The notes under the pieces were generated by a model that was not told where the DNA came from, did no database searches, and saw only the letters and a list, made by a program, of their open reading frames with translations. Shown in pieces: positions 1-9,374 of a DNA stretch of 64,000 nt. Position 1 is the first letter of the stretch; each line of letters begins with the position of its first letter. The position numbers and the translations under genes were made by a program. Source of the stretch: an uncultured virus (IMG/VR IMGVR_UViG_3300046007_013272). Its lineage: Duplodnaviria > Heunggongvirae > Uroviricota > Caudoviricetes. The stretch is from the IMG/VR virus record IMGVR_UViG_3300046007_013272; one strand, written 5' to 3'.

Positions 1-40
1 GGGATCTTAAATTTAGAACAAATAATTCAGTATACGAACT

Positions 41-334
41 ATGGAAGCTAAACGCAAGCGATTAACCAGAGATCAGAAACGAGAGCAGGCAGTAATTGAC
101 CTGCTTAATCAAATGTTTATTATTGCGGGTCACAATGTTACCTATGAAGATATCAAAGGTCGTAAGGACAATTGGTGGACCGAATGGACTATGACTACAG
201 CTCAAGCTGATGAATGGAAAGTTTGGGGTGTAGATTATCTGCGTAAAAACCTCAAATTGAATAAAACCTTAGCTGAGAAAGAAATGCAATGGGTTAATTT
301 GCAATGGGGGCTTAAATATAGTGATTGGAAATAA
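41..334 (+). CDS. hypothetical phage protein
   Basis: 97-aa ORF with an A-rich upstream region; no recognisable motif. Confidence 0.7.
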   Translation: MEAKRKRLTRDQKREQAVIDLLNQMFIIAGHNVTYEDIKGRKDNWWTEWTMTTAQADEWKVWGVDYLRKNLKLNKTLAEKEMQWVNLQWGLKYSDWK

Positions 335-337
335 AGA

Positions 338-369
338 TTTGGAGACCTGAAGAACGGGTCGTATATTTA
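338..369 (+). promoter_or_regulatory. Bacteroidota-type sigma70 promoter (TTTG-N20-TATATTTA)
   Basis: TTTG at 338-341 and TATATTTA at 362-369, then AAGGTTATG start; the same architecture recurs about 10 times. Confidence 0.65.
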
Positions 370-391
370 GGGGTAATTAAAAATAAAGGTT

Positions 392-955
392 ATGAAAATA
401 GATGATTTAAACAATCCTTCTCCAAAAAAGGTAGCAAAAGCTATTAAGACGGAAACAGGATGGAAGTGGTTGTTTTTGGAAAATAATCCTCTTTATAAAA
501 ATAGAAACTTTTCAGTCTATTTTTATGTTTCAGAAAAAACGGGTAAGATATTAAAAATTGGCTCTACAGATGGTTTGGGGGGTTTAGAATCTAGAGTCAG
601 AGCAACCTCTAATGGTGATAAAGGAACACCAGGCGCACATGATAAAAAAATGCAACCTACTATTTTAGAATTGTTGAATAGTGGATTTACTATTGATCTT
701 TATGCTTTAGTTTCACCTCCAATTTATAGAGAATATTTATTTAACGGCGAACTGGTTAGAGATGAGATAGTCGATTCCGTACCGGAAGAATCACGTTATA
801 TAGAATTATATAAAAGTAAAAACCAAAAAGAACCACCATTTAATTTCAATAATAAAGGAACAAGGCCATCTTCAAAGGGATTATCTGCTAAAGAGTTCGT
901 ACATTTAGATTTACAAGAAAGATTAGAAAGAGCTCGTATATTATGTCAAGATTAG
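392..955 (+). CDS. GIY-YIG-like endonuclease
   Basis: SVYFY...ILKIGST...LESR and a later conserved E (EESRYIELY...PPFN) fit a degenerate GIY-YIG fold. Confidence 0.55.
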   Translation: MKIDDLNNPSPKKVAKAIKTETGWKWLFLENNPLYKNRNFSVYFYVSEKTGKILKIGSTDGLGGLESRVRATSNGDKGTPGAHDKKMQPTILELLNSGFTIDLYALVSPPIYREYLFNGELVRDEIVDSVPEESRYIELYKSKNQKEPPFNFNNKGTRPSSKGLSAKEFVHLDLQERLERARILCQD

Positions 956-1659
956 CAATAATAAATTGTAAAGCCAAAAAACAAAAATATAAATGTACTG
1001 CTGAGGAGATGTATGATATTTCCTTTCAGTTTAGATATCAGGTAAATTTTATTAAAGAATATTATGATGATTATTTAATTTTATCATCTAAATATGGTTT
1101 AATTTCACCTAAGAAAATAATTGAACCCTATGAAACTACATTAGCTAAAGGAGCTCGACTTAAAGTAGTTAATAGGTTAGAGGGAGAACAATTAAAAAAA
1201 TGGGTTGAAAAAGTAAAAAAACAATTTGATTGGTTAAAAGATAACTATGATCAAATTGATCTTCATATTTCAAATGCTTACTTAGATCCTATTAAAGATA
1301 TTTTGGATAATAAAACTATCCATATTAAACAACCTGTTAATCCTGGATTAGTAAAAAATCGCTATATTGAAGCTTTGGAGATTTACCAAGATAAAGGTAA
1401 AGTTGATCTAACCCAAATAGGTGAACGTAAAAAAAGTAAAGACCCAGAATTAGAAAGATGGTGGTATCATAATGATTATGAACCATTTTTTGGATATGCC
1501 CGCCATTTAGTTAAAAAGTATCCTATTGTAGATGAAGGTAATGCTGCGCGTGTTAGTAGAGGATTAAATTTTCAAACTCAGGGTTGGGTAATTAAAGAAG
1601 AATATTTAGATTTACTTGAAAATAAAAATGGAAAGTGGAGAAAAAAAACTAAGTTATGA
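943..1659 (+). CDS. DUF6884-like protein with possible C-terminal NUMOD1-like DNA-binding domain
   Basis: N-terminal IINCKAKK...AEEMY...ILSSKYGLI...IEPYETTL pattern; C-terminal F-G...VSRG...GW pattern. Confidence 0.55.
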   Translation: MSRLAIINCKAKKQKYKCTAEEMYDISFQFRYQVNFIKEYYDDYLILSSKYGLISPKKIIEPYETTLAKGARLKVVNRLEGEQLKKWVEKVKKQFDWLKDNYDQIDLHISNAYLDPIKDILDNKTIHIKQPVNPGLVKNRYIEALEIYQDKGKVDLTQIGERKKSKDPELERWWYHNDYEPFFGYARHLVKKYPIVDEGNAARVSRGLNFQTQGWVIKEEYLDLLENKNGKWRKKTKL

Positions 1660-1856
1660 CCCTACTCGAACTTAAAATGGCAATTGAGGAACTGCCTATT
1701 GAATTTCTTTTAAACGAAATTGAAATTATTAAAGTTAACGAAACAAATAATTTTTCAGAATATAAATTTTGCGGTTTTGTTGAAGGCTTAGATGAATGGG
1801 ACAAACCAGATGGAACACTATTATTTACTTTTGAAGAAACTAAATTTTTTCCTTGA
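1656..1856 (+). CDS. hypothetical protein
   Basis: ATGA overlap with the upstream stop codon. Confidence 0.6.
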   Translation: MTLLELKMAIEELPIEFLLNEIEIIKVNETNNFSEYKFCGFVEGLDEWDKPDGTLLFTFEETKFFP

Positions 1857-1857
1857 A

Positions 1858-2010
1858 ATGAAAATTGAACGTTACGAGCAGTTGTACGAGTTTTTTATAA
1901 CTCCAACTATCAAATACACTTACGATAAATTATTATTTGGTAATTATTGTGTAGACGTAATTTGGGGACGTTGGGGATTTTCCGTATCTTGGGGACATAT
2001 AAAATGTTAA
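1858..2010 (+). CDS. small hypothetical protein
   Basis: ATG immediately after the previous stop; start trimmed from the 1792 ORF. Confidence 0.5.
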   Translation: MKIERYEQLYEFFITPTIKYTYDKLLFGNYCVDVIWGRWGFSVSWGHIKC

Positions 2011-2270
2011 TGATGACTGAGGAAATTTTTGAAAAATTGGGTTTTGAACGTAATGATGTTCCGATAGAAGAATCAGGTCACGATAATGATTTTTATTACT
2101 ATACTTTAGATATTGGTGATATTTGTCTTATCTCAAATGCTAATGATGAGGCTGAAAAAGAAGGATGGTGGTGTTCTATTTTTGACTCGGATACTCTTAA
2201 AATTAAAGGTTCAGGTGATTTAGAAGAATTAGTTAAAATTGTAAAGCTTAACACAGATGAAACAGCTTAA
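2004..2270 (+). CDS. hypothetical protein
   Basis: Start trimmed to ATG 2004; MTEEIFEKLGFE-type phage N-terminus. Confidence 0.6.
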   Translation: MLMMTEEIFEKLGFERNDVPIEESGHDNDFYYYTLDIGDICLISNANDEAEKEGWWCSIFDSDTLKIKGSGDLEELVKIVKLNTDETA

Positions 2271-2688
2271 AATAGCTAAAAACAATTACTTACAAGAATT
2301 AGGTATGGAATTTAAATCACTAAATTCAAGAGAAAGAACTAATGTATTTGTAAGAAATGCTTTTATCTGTGCTAGTCGAGGTTTATCTACAGCTAAAATT
2401 TTAGGTGGAATGTGGGATCGAGATCACTCTACTGTCTGTCATGCAACTAAACATCACCAAGCTAATGTTAATTTTTCTGATGAATATGTTCATTATTTTA
2501 AAGTAGCTAAAAAGCATCTTGAAAAAGTACCTAAATTAACTAATAGAAAATTACCTTTAAGAGATCCTATTATTTTAACTGAAGAAATTAGAAAATTAGA
2601 AGCAAGAGTTAATTTTTTAGAGCAAGAAAACAAACATCTAAAAAGTTTAGTTGAATTTTATTATAATCGTTATGGCAAACAAGATTGA
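2257..2688 (+). CDS. DnaA domain-IV-like HTH protein with C-terminal coiled coil
   Basis: LSTAKILGGMWDRDHSTVCHA resembles the DnaA C-terminal RDHTTV.HA signature. Confidence 0.65.
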   Translation: MKQLKIAKNNYLQELGMEFKSLNSRERTNVFVRNAFICASRGLSTAKILGGMWDRDHSTVCHATKHHQANVNFSDEYVHYFKVAKKHLEKVPKLTNRKLPLRDPIILTEEIRKLEARVNFLEQENKHLKSLVEFYYNRYGKQD

Positions 2689-2836
2689 AAATGAACCTTG
2701 GGTTGTAATTGATGAGTGGGGTAAAATTTATAGATATAAAAATCAAAAACAAGCCCTAAAGCATAAAAATACTTCTCGTATTATGACTGAGAGGTATTTT
2801 ATTGAACATTATAAGCAAAATTTCTTGTCTTTTTAG
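2672..2836 (+). CDS. small hypothetical protein
   Basis: Tightly packed ORF from ATG 2672. Confidence 0.5.
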   Translation: MANKIENEPWVVIDEWGKIYRYKNQKQALKHKNTSRIMTERYFIEHYKQNFLSF

Positions 2837-3468
2837 TGGAAAGAGTTAATTTATTTTCTCCATTTTATTATAAAACAAATATAGCTGAGACTGAATTTTT
2901 AAAACAAATTCATCTTGAAGCTATGCTGATTAATTATAAGGCATTCCCACACCATTCATATGATTGGAATGTTCATACTTCATTTGGTAAAAATGATAAT
3001 GAACAACTACCATATCAAATTAATTGGGAACATTTTTTCTCCATTTATCAATACTATATAGATCAATTTTGCCTTGAATTTTTTGGTGCAGGTAGAAGTT
3101 GGGAAATTATAGATAATATTTGGTATAATGTTTATGGTAAGGGACAAGATGGAATGCAGCATAATCATATAGCTTGTGACTTTTCAGCTGTACATTATTT
3201 TAAATTTAATCCTCAAGTTCATACAGGTACTACCTTTATTAATCCAAGATTAAATGAAGCTAAATATTATAAAAGTTTAAGTGACCCTGTAATTAAAAAT
3301 TTACAGGAAACAAATCCAGAGCATTCTTTATATCAAGAAGTGTTTACACCACAAATTAATGAGGGTGATTTTATTATATTTCCTTCTCATTTAGATCATG
3401 TTATTTATAGGAATAATAGTGATGATCTAAGAGTAACCATTGCTCTAAATTTCAAAATCATTGGTTAA
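2836..3468 (+). CDS. putative 2OG-Fe(II) oxygenase
   Basis: HNH...DFSAVHY, EGDFIIFPSHLDH and RVTIALNF motifs. Confidence 0.8.
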   Translation: MERVNLFSPFYYKTNIAETEFLKQIHLEAMLINYKAFPHHSYDWNVHTSFGKNDNEQLPYQINWEHFFSIYQYYIDQFCLEFFGAGRSWEIIDNIWYNVYGKGQDGMQHNHIACDFSAVHYFKFNPQVHTGTTFINPRLNEAKYYKSLSDPVIKNLQETNPEHSLYQEVFTPQINEGDFIIFPSHLDHVIYRNNSDDLRVTIALNFKIIG

Positions 3469-3576
3469 AAACAGGTAAAAACGGATTAAAAAAGACGTTT
3501 CATATGTGGTTGCGTCAAATTCCTTTTGTACATTTATGGTGTTGGAAATCTAATTAAACCCCCAACAATTAAGGTT

Positions 3577-3867
3577 ATGACTATTACTGATGGTTTAGGT
3601 TTGGAGGAGGAATGCTTTGATGCTATGCTTAAAGTAGCTCGAGAAACCTATGATGAGCAAGAAACAATTTCAGATGCTCTATTAATTATGGCATTTTACA
3701 CTCAACGTGAAGAGTTGAATTCAAGTATTAAATTATCTGCCTATGAGAAAAAACTCGTTTTAGCTGGTTATTTGATTGGTCGTATTCAAAGTGAAGTGGA
3801 TGACAAGATCAAGATGGCTGAATTAGTAGTAAAAATGTTAGGTCAATTTAGTAAAGAAAACGATTAA
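3577..3867 (+). CDS. hypothetical protein
   Basis: Promoter-like 3506-3536, then AAGGTTATG start at 3577. Confidence 0.65.
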   Translation: MTITDGLGLEEECFDAMLKVARETYDEQETISDALLIMAFYTQREELNSSIKLSAYEKKLVLAGYLIGRIQSEVDDKIKMAELVVKMLGQFSKEND

Positions 3868-3889
3868 TAATCTTTAACACTTAAGAGAA

Positions 3890-4105
3890 ATGAAACAGAG
3901 CAGTATTGAATGGGTAGCTAGTCAATTGGAAAAACTAATCCCAAGTGGTAATCAACTTGCCATTGGAGCAATTTTAGAACAAGCCAAAGCAATGCACAAG
4001 GAAGAAATTGAAAATGCCTATTGGGATGGCGGACAGTGGGTTCCAACAGTCGGTTCTCAATGTGAGGAATACTACAACGAAACCTTTAACACCACAGAGA
4101 AATGA
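3890..4105 (+). CDS. small conserved phage protein (KQSSIEW...AKAMHKEEI...EEYYNETF type)
   Basis: Pattern typical of small proteins of Bacteroidota phages. Confidence 0.65.
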   Translation: MKQSSIEWVASQLEKLIPSGNQLAIGAILEQAKAMHKEEIENAYWDGGQWVPTVGSQCEEYYNETFNTTEK

Positions 4106-4314
4106 AAAAAGATGAATTAATTGTAAAGCAACAGCTCGAAATCGAGAAATACAAAGAAATGCTTGAGGAGAACAAAAAACTTAAATCCAAAATAATAGGC
4201 AAGTTTTACGGCTGCGGCCAACCACTTAACGACAATGTTTTGCAGATGAATAAACCCCAAATGAAGTGGTGCTTTGAGGTTGTTGGGTTAGCTGAAGATT
4301 TAAATTACTTATAG
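4102..4314 (+). CDS. hypothetical protein
   Basis: ATGA-coupled ORF. Confidence 0.55.
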   Translation: MKKDELIVKQQLEIEKYKEMLEENKKLKSKIIGKFYGCGQPLNDNVLQMNKPQMKWCFEVVGLAEDLNYL

Positions 4315-4343
4315 ACAAACAGTAACCTTTAACACCAAATAAA

Positions 4344-4604
4344 ATGAATAAAGAACAAGTACAGGAGAAATTCGGTAACACATTACTACGCTTTTCTCAC
4401 TATTACAAATACACGTTCACATTCATTGGTCACACAGAGGATGAATATAAAATTCTATGTTATTTTGGTGGCAGCTCAGACGATATCTATCGCTATGATG
4501 TAAACGCAGACGTTGAATACCGAGTAGGTAGCTTAGATGATTGGAATGCTGTTCGAATAATGGATAAAGCGAACAAAGTAATTTTTGAGCTCTACAACGA
4601 TTGA
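4344..4604 (+). CDS. hypothetical protein
   Basis: ORF with an A-rich leader. Confidence 0.6.
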   Translation: MNKEQVQEKFGNTLLRFSHYYKYTFTFIGHTEDEYKILCYFGGSSDDIYRYDVNADVEYRVGSLDDWNAVRIMDKANKVIFELYND

Positions 4605-4630
4605 TTATTTAATTATTAAAAAAACAAGTT

Positions 4631-4849
4631 ATGGAAAATAAAGGTTCATTGGTATCTAAAAAACTCACTTATGAGTTCATCTATGAAGGTAACTACTACA
4701 CCATTGATGAAACCGAAAACATGATGAATTACGAGATTGAAGTATTCGATAGTGAAGGTCAAGAACCCTCAAATGTGGATGACATTCTTGAGGCGTTTGA
4801 AACAGCCCGCGAGCAAAATGAATTAACAGACTTTTATGAGGGATTCTAA
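4631..4849 (+). CDS. acidic hypothetical protein
   Basis: AAGTTATG start context. Confidence 0.6.
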   Translation: MENKGSLVSKKLTYEFIYEGNYYTIDETENMMNYEIEVFDSEGQEPSNVDDILEAFETAREQNELTDFYEGF

Positions 4850-5144
4850 CATCATGGAACTCATAAACAGCACTTCATGGGGGCAAGAATATAAAGGCGA
4901 TACGGCAATAACTCCAGCTCAAATCACGACGGGAATGCTTCTTAATAAATCGCACGTGCGTCGGTTCATGAAACGGAACGAGTACGAAGGTCTCATCCCG
5001 CGGATGGATCTATGGTGTGAGACGGTCACGATCGAGAACATCCATTACATCAAACTGGAGCAATTGGAGAGAATCACGTGGCCTACGTTCGTATCTCATT
5101 TGAGGGAATACGTGGATGTGGAACTACGTGTCCTGCCCCTGTAA
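4836..5144 (+). CDS. hypothetical protein
   Basis: Overlapping ORF; last gene before the non-coding island. Confidence 0.55.
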   Translation: MRDSNIMELINSTSWGQEYKGDTAITPAQITTGMLLNKSHVRRFMKRNEYEGLIPRMDLWCETVTIENIHYIKLEQLERITWPTFVSHLREYVDVELRVLPL

Positions 5145-5406
5145 ATTGATATTAGGAAACATAACACCATTATACGGGGATAACCCTGATGTGGGTGGTT
5201 GAGTAATGTGACCTGCCCTATCCGTATATTGTGAGATATGGATGTTTGGATATGTGTATGTGTCAAGATATTGATATATGAGATGACACGGGAGTGGAGG
5301 GTAGTCAACCTTTTTACAGGGAGTGCCCCGGATCTTACCTATAGTTAAAAGTATATACAAATCGGGTGAGAATCGCGACCCGCCCCGCAAAAAATTGCAT
5401 GAAAAA

Positions 5407-5438
5407 TTTGGTTGCGCAATGATCCGTTCATACATTTA
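5407..5438 (+). promoter_or_regulatory. Bacteroidota-type promoter
   Basis: TTTG-N20-TACATTTA. Confidence 0.65.
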
Positions 5439-5474
5439 TGGCGTTGAATTAAAAAAACGATTAAAATCAAGGTT

Positions 5475-6062
5475 ATGAACGCATTAAATGAAATCCAGAA
5501 CGAAGCGAAGGTGATTGTTGAGCAATTAGCCGATCGCCAGATCAACACCATGAAGGAACGTTACAATGAATTCCTGGAGTGGATGAGCATTGACGGTAAT
5601 GAGCTTAGAAGTGGTTATGGTAATCAAGTTGATACCTATCAATCCGCCCACAAATACATTTACATGACCCAGTTTAAAACATATAATCGGGAGTTGAATC
5701 AATATGAATTACCCGTTGCCTACCCTAGTGATTACCGCGGACGGACAGAAATGAGTTACTATAAAGACTTGATGTACATGGTGAACGATTTGAGAACCAT
5801 GATGATGGGTAATTGGGAAGCTAAGTACCGCGAAGCATTTATTGGGGCGAACATGGTTAAATTAAACCGTGCCCTAGCTAAAGACATTACCAACGATATG
5901 TCTGCTAATAATATTCAGGTAAGCGTAGGTGGAGACGGAGCTGAAGTAACAGCAATCATAAACGAACAGATGAAATTTAAATCATTCGGAACGTTGTGTG
6001 GGGGTGATGTTCAGTGCTTACACTACCGCTACCGCAGTTCTTTAAAGCCTTTAAAAGCCTAA
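5475..6062 (+). CDS. early hypothetical protein
   Basis: AAGGTTATG start; C-terminal GGDVQCLHYRY motif. Confidence 0.75.
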   Translation: MNALNEIQNEAKVIVEQLADRQINTMKERYNEFLEWMSIDGNELRSGYGNQVDTYQSAHKYIYMTQFKTYNRELNQYELPVAYPSDYRGRTEMSYYKDLMYMVNDLRTMMMGNWEAKYREAFIGANMVKLNRALAKDITNDMSANNIQVSVGGDGAEVTAIINEQMKFKSFGTLCGGDVQCLHYRYRSSLKPLKA

Positions 6063-6070
6063 AGGAGGGG

Positions 6071-6102
6071 TTTGGTTACCCCAAACCCGTTTCGTAATTT
6101 TA
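6071..6102 (+). promoter_or_regulatory. Bacteroidota-type promoter
   Basis: TTTG-N20-TAATTTTA. Confidence 0.6.
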
Positions 6103-6145
6103 CCCCATTGAACGATTTGTTTAATTTTATTTAATTTAATTAGTT

Positions 6146-6367
6146 ATGAGTGAGTTAGTTGTTAAATCCCGTGGTCGTAAGATCAATCCTTCAAGTGCAC
6201 GTCAAGCCCGCTTGACCGCTTGGGAAGCCAAACGTGCAGCCGGAATGGAAGTAAAGCGTGGTCGCCCGTCTAAGACAGCCCCCGTTTTACAAGCCCCAAA
6301 GCAGGTACCGATGGAGGTGTTCGATGCGATGGAAGTATCATCAACCAAGAAATCTAAGAAGAAGTAA
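6146..6367 (+). CDS. small basic AT-hook-like DNA-binding protein
   Basis: SRGRK and KRGRP motifs; K-rich tail. Confidence 0.6.
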   Translation: MSELVVKSRGRKINPSSARQARLTAWEAKRAAGMEVKRGRPSKTAPVLQAPKQVPMEVFDAMEVSSTKKSKKK

Positions 6368-6705
6368 TGGCACACGAGATTTATTGCTCAACTGAGGGTG
6401 TAACCACTCAAGGGCGCTATCAATTCAATGTTGAGGAGGATCGTATCTTCAATAGCGAAACCAAAGGTGGGGAAGTAATCATAAACCTGATTGTGGACGA
6501 CGCAGGCATTATTGCTAAAATCCCTGCCCGAGACTTTGTAGCGTTGAGTGATGTCTCGATTGTGCCTACAACAAAGCGTCTGGCATTTCAATTTAAATGT
6601 TATCCTGAGAATACTCAGGTTGAAATGAGAAGCCAACGCCAAAAAGCACGCCAGGCCCTCTTCACAAATTCAATTGTGTGGAAACGCTGGTTTAAGAGCA
6701 AGTGA
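6367..6705 (+). CDS. hypothetical protein
   Basis: TAATG coupling with the upstream gene. Confidence 0.65.
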   Translation: MAHEIYCSTEGVTTQGRYQFNVEEDRIFNSETKGGEVIINLIVDDAGIIAKIPARDFVALSDVSIVPTTKRLAFQFKCYPENTQVEMRSQRQKARQALFTNSIVWKRWFKSK

Positions 6706-7101
6706 TGACCTAAAGGGGTTACATTTGGTTAGGTGGTGGGGCGGGTACCTTCGGGTGCCCGTCCCTATCCTATCTATACTACCCCGGCAGTACCTACTAG
6801 GGGGGTTGGGCGTACGTACGTACTACTATAGTGGTTGGTACCCACGCGCGCTGATGTCCATACGGGGGCCGGCACTACCTATAGTAAAAGTGGATGTAAA
6901 AATAGATCGAATATAGATAGTAGGCATCGAACGTATATACTTATATATTAAATGTAGATTTACCTATACCCCCTTCACCACATACCCATCCCCGCGCATT
7001 TCGACTCTAATAAAAAAATTTGCGCGTCGACAAAGGATATCCGTATATAATGTGGTTGGGTGAATTCCGTTTCGTATCTTTATATCAAAGAAATAAAGGT
7101 T

Positions 7102-7656
7102 ATGATTACAGAAAAAGTAAAAGTTAGTGTGTTCCGCGAGGTATATCGCGAGCAATTCAAACAAGAATATTTTGTTGATAGTAATTTTCTTGCTCAAAGT
7201 AATAGTGATTTAGCTAAACGCGAAACCAACGATTGTGTGGTTCGTGCTTTCATGTGTGCATTAGATCTTCCATACGAACAAGCTCACGCTTACATTAAAA
7301 AAGAGATGAAGCGCCAAGATCGTCAAGGTACCTATACTTTTTTATACAGTAAAAACGTTATTGGTAAAATCAAAAATGGTAGACGTATTAATTTTATTGG
7401 AGCTCATCCCGATAAAACTTGGATGCAAAAGAATATTGCTAATTCTACAAATAAAAAGATATTGGCTAACCCTAAGTACAAAAAACCAACAGGTTTTACA
7501 GTGAAATCTTTTATTGAAAGTAACCCAGTTGGTCGGTTTGTTTTGGTTGTTGAAGGTCACGCTCTTGCAGTTGTGAATGGTGTGTTGTACGGCAATTCAA
7601 ACGAACAGTACAGTGGATTATATCGTTCAGTTTGGTACGGGTTTCAAATGAAATAA
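7102..7656 (+). CDS. hypothetical protein (NDCVVRA...HALAV), possible Cys-His peptidase-like fold
   Basis: Promoter-like 7051-7082 and AAGGTTATG at 7102; Cys and His motifs present. Confidence 0.6.
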   Translation: MITEKVKVSVFREVYREQFKQEYFVDSNFLAQSNSDLAKRETNDCVVRAFMCALDLPYEQAHAYIKKEMKRQDRQGTYTFLYSKNVIGKIKNGRRINFIGAHPDKTWMQKNIANSTNKKILANPKYKKPTGFTVKSFIESNPVGRFVLVVEGHALAVVNGVLYGNSNEQYSGLYRSVWYGFQMK

Positions 7657-7693
7657 AAAAAGGGTGAAGAACGCGATTTTACGGCAGAGGAAA

Positions 7694-7725
7694 TTTGGCT
7701 GCGCAGGAAATCGTTTATATCTTTA
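7694..7725 (+). promoter_or_regulatory. Bacteroidota-type promoter
   Basis: TTTG-N20-TATCTTTA. Confidence 0.65.
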
Positions 7726-7764
7726 CCGCGTTAAAATTAAAAAATTAATTTAAAAAACCAGGTT

Positions 7765-8556
7765 ATGTTAGACATCAAGATAAACAAATTCATGACGAAA
7801 GAAGAAATTCGTCAAGCCGCAAGTAGTGTTTTCACCAAAGACAAAGGTGGTAAAACAAGTGAGCATTACAAACATATCTCAACAGAGCAGATCATTGACG
7901 ATATGAGTGCTTTAGGTTGGGGAGTAGTTGATGCAAAGCAAGTTCGCGCCCGTAAAGGAATGGGTTACCAAAAGCACTTGGTTGTATTCGGAAATGCGGA
8001 TATCGTGATTGAAGGAACCGACAACGATAAAGTTTTTCCCCGTATCTTATTGACAAATTCACACGACGGAAAGAATGCGTTTACCTTTACAGCAGGTTTG
8101 TTCCGTTTGGTGTGTGAAAATGGGTTAGTTATTAGTGATCAAGATTTCGCAAGCCTAAAAATTCGCCACATGGGTTACGATTTTGAAGAACTTCAAAAGA
8201 CAATCAACGAAATGGTAGAAAAACTTCCATTGACAGTTGAATGCATGAATCGCTTTAAGCAAACCCAGTTGGATAAAGAAAAGAAAGAAAAGTTTGCTCT
8301 TGCTGCTCTTGGTTTGCGTTTCGATACTAAAAATTTAACGTTTAACATGGACGAGCTTTTAGAACCTACCCGCTCCGAAGATAAAGGAAACGATTTGTGG
8401 AGTATCTACAATGTAGTTCAAGAAAAGTTGATTCACGGGATGGTAAATTACCAAAACGGAAAGAAAAACCGCAAAGCTCGCAAAATTAAGAACTTTCAAC
8501 AAGATATCAAGCTTAATAGCGAGTTGTACGAGTTAGCAATGGCTTATGCAGGATAA
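7765..8556 (+). CDS. DUF932/DUF945 family protein
   Basis: ILLTNSHDG...AGLFRLVCENGL...IRH...R.ED.GNDLWSIYNVVQE signature. Confidence 0.85.
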   Translation: MLDIKINKFMTKEEIRQAASSVFTKDKGGKTSEHYKHISTEQIIDDMSALGWGVVDAKQVRARKGMGYQKHLVVFGNADIVIEGTDNDKVFPRILLTNSHDGKNAFTFTAGLFRLVCENGLVISDQDFASLKIRHMGYDFEELQKTINEMVEKLPLTVECMNRFKQTQLDKEKKEKFALAALGLRFDTKNLTFNMDELLEPTRSEDKGNDLWSIYNVVQEKLIHGMVNYQNGKKNRKARKIKNFQQDIKLNSELYELAMAYAG

Positions 8557-8559
8557 AAT

Positions 8560-9243
8560 ATGAAACAAGAAACTAAATCAGACCTTGCAATTTCAGCTAT
8601 TGTAGCTATAATTGCAGCAATCGCGTTTGTTCTTATTACAGCGTGTGAGAAAGAAAAAGTATATGCTTACCCTTGCCCCGACGGGAATTGTAATATGCAC
8701 TTTTTTGTTGATACGATTGTTTCACCCGGTTCTTACACAGACGGAAACGGGTACACGAGAGTAAAATTTCGTGGTCTAAATTATTTCACAATTCAAGGTT
8801 ATTTGGAGGAGTTGAATCCGAATTACGTAGTGAACAAAATTCCCCTAATCGAGACTCAATACGATACGGATTATTGGGTTGTGTTTGATACGTTGCAATG
8901 GACGATTCCAATGTACTCGTATATGAGTTGGTTTTCGGATAGAAGTTTCGAGATCCCTTTTCCCGTCGGCTCTCGCACTTATACCCTTAAAGAAATTTCC
9001 CAGCTTCACCCCCCACTTAATATTGCAGGATATCAAATTCCAAAACGCATGTGCTGGGATTGTCCGTACACCCCGACTTTATTAGGGACTTACAGCAAGT
9101 ATAATTACGCCCCCAGACAGCAGTTTTTCCTTGACAACGAGATGGTAGGCGATACTGCTCAACTATTTATTCGTGTGTTGTTTAATAATGACTCTGGATT
9201 ACGAGTTACAAAAGATACAACCATTAATGTAATTTTTGAATAA
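8560..9243 (+). CDS. putative lipoprotein
   Basis: Hydrophobic signal ending LITAC followed by EKEK. Confidence 0.6.
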   Translation: MKQETKSDLAISAIVAIIAAIAFVLITACEKEKVYAYPCPDGNCNMHFFVDTIVSPGSYTDGNGYTRVKFRGLNYFTIQGYLEELNPNYVVNKIPLIETQYDTDYWVVFDTLQWTIPMYSYMSWFSDRSFEIPFPVGSRTYTLKEISQLHPPLNIAGYQIPKRMCWDCPYTPTLLGTYSKYNYAPRQQFFLDNEMVGDTAQLFIRVLFNNDSGLRVTKDTTINVIFE

Positions 9244-9245
9244 AC

Positions 9246-9374
9246 ATGGAATCTCAACAAGACCAATTTATGCGAATCGCTATGGCGCGTTTAAAGCCAA
9301 CTTATAAGTTTTACCCGCAACGATTTGCTGTAGCCGTTAAAATGTATCGTAACTGGAAAGAACGTCAATCATGA
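9246..9374 (+). CDS. small hypothetical protein (42 aa, MESQQDQFMRIAMARL...)
   Basis: Read by eye; fills the gap and is ATGA-coupled to the next gene. Confidence 0.55.
   Translation: MESQQDQFMRIAMARLKPTYKFYPQRFAVAVKMYRNWKERQS

Noticed and set aside
6674..6916. 80-aa + strand ORF in the GC-rich island (and minus ORFs at 5096-5551)
   Set aside because: Atypical composition, no A-rich initiation context, and overlap with hairpins and palindromes; more likely non-coding.
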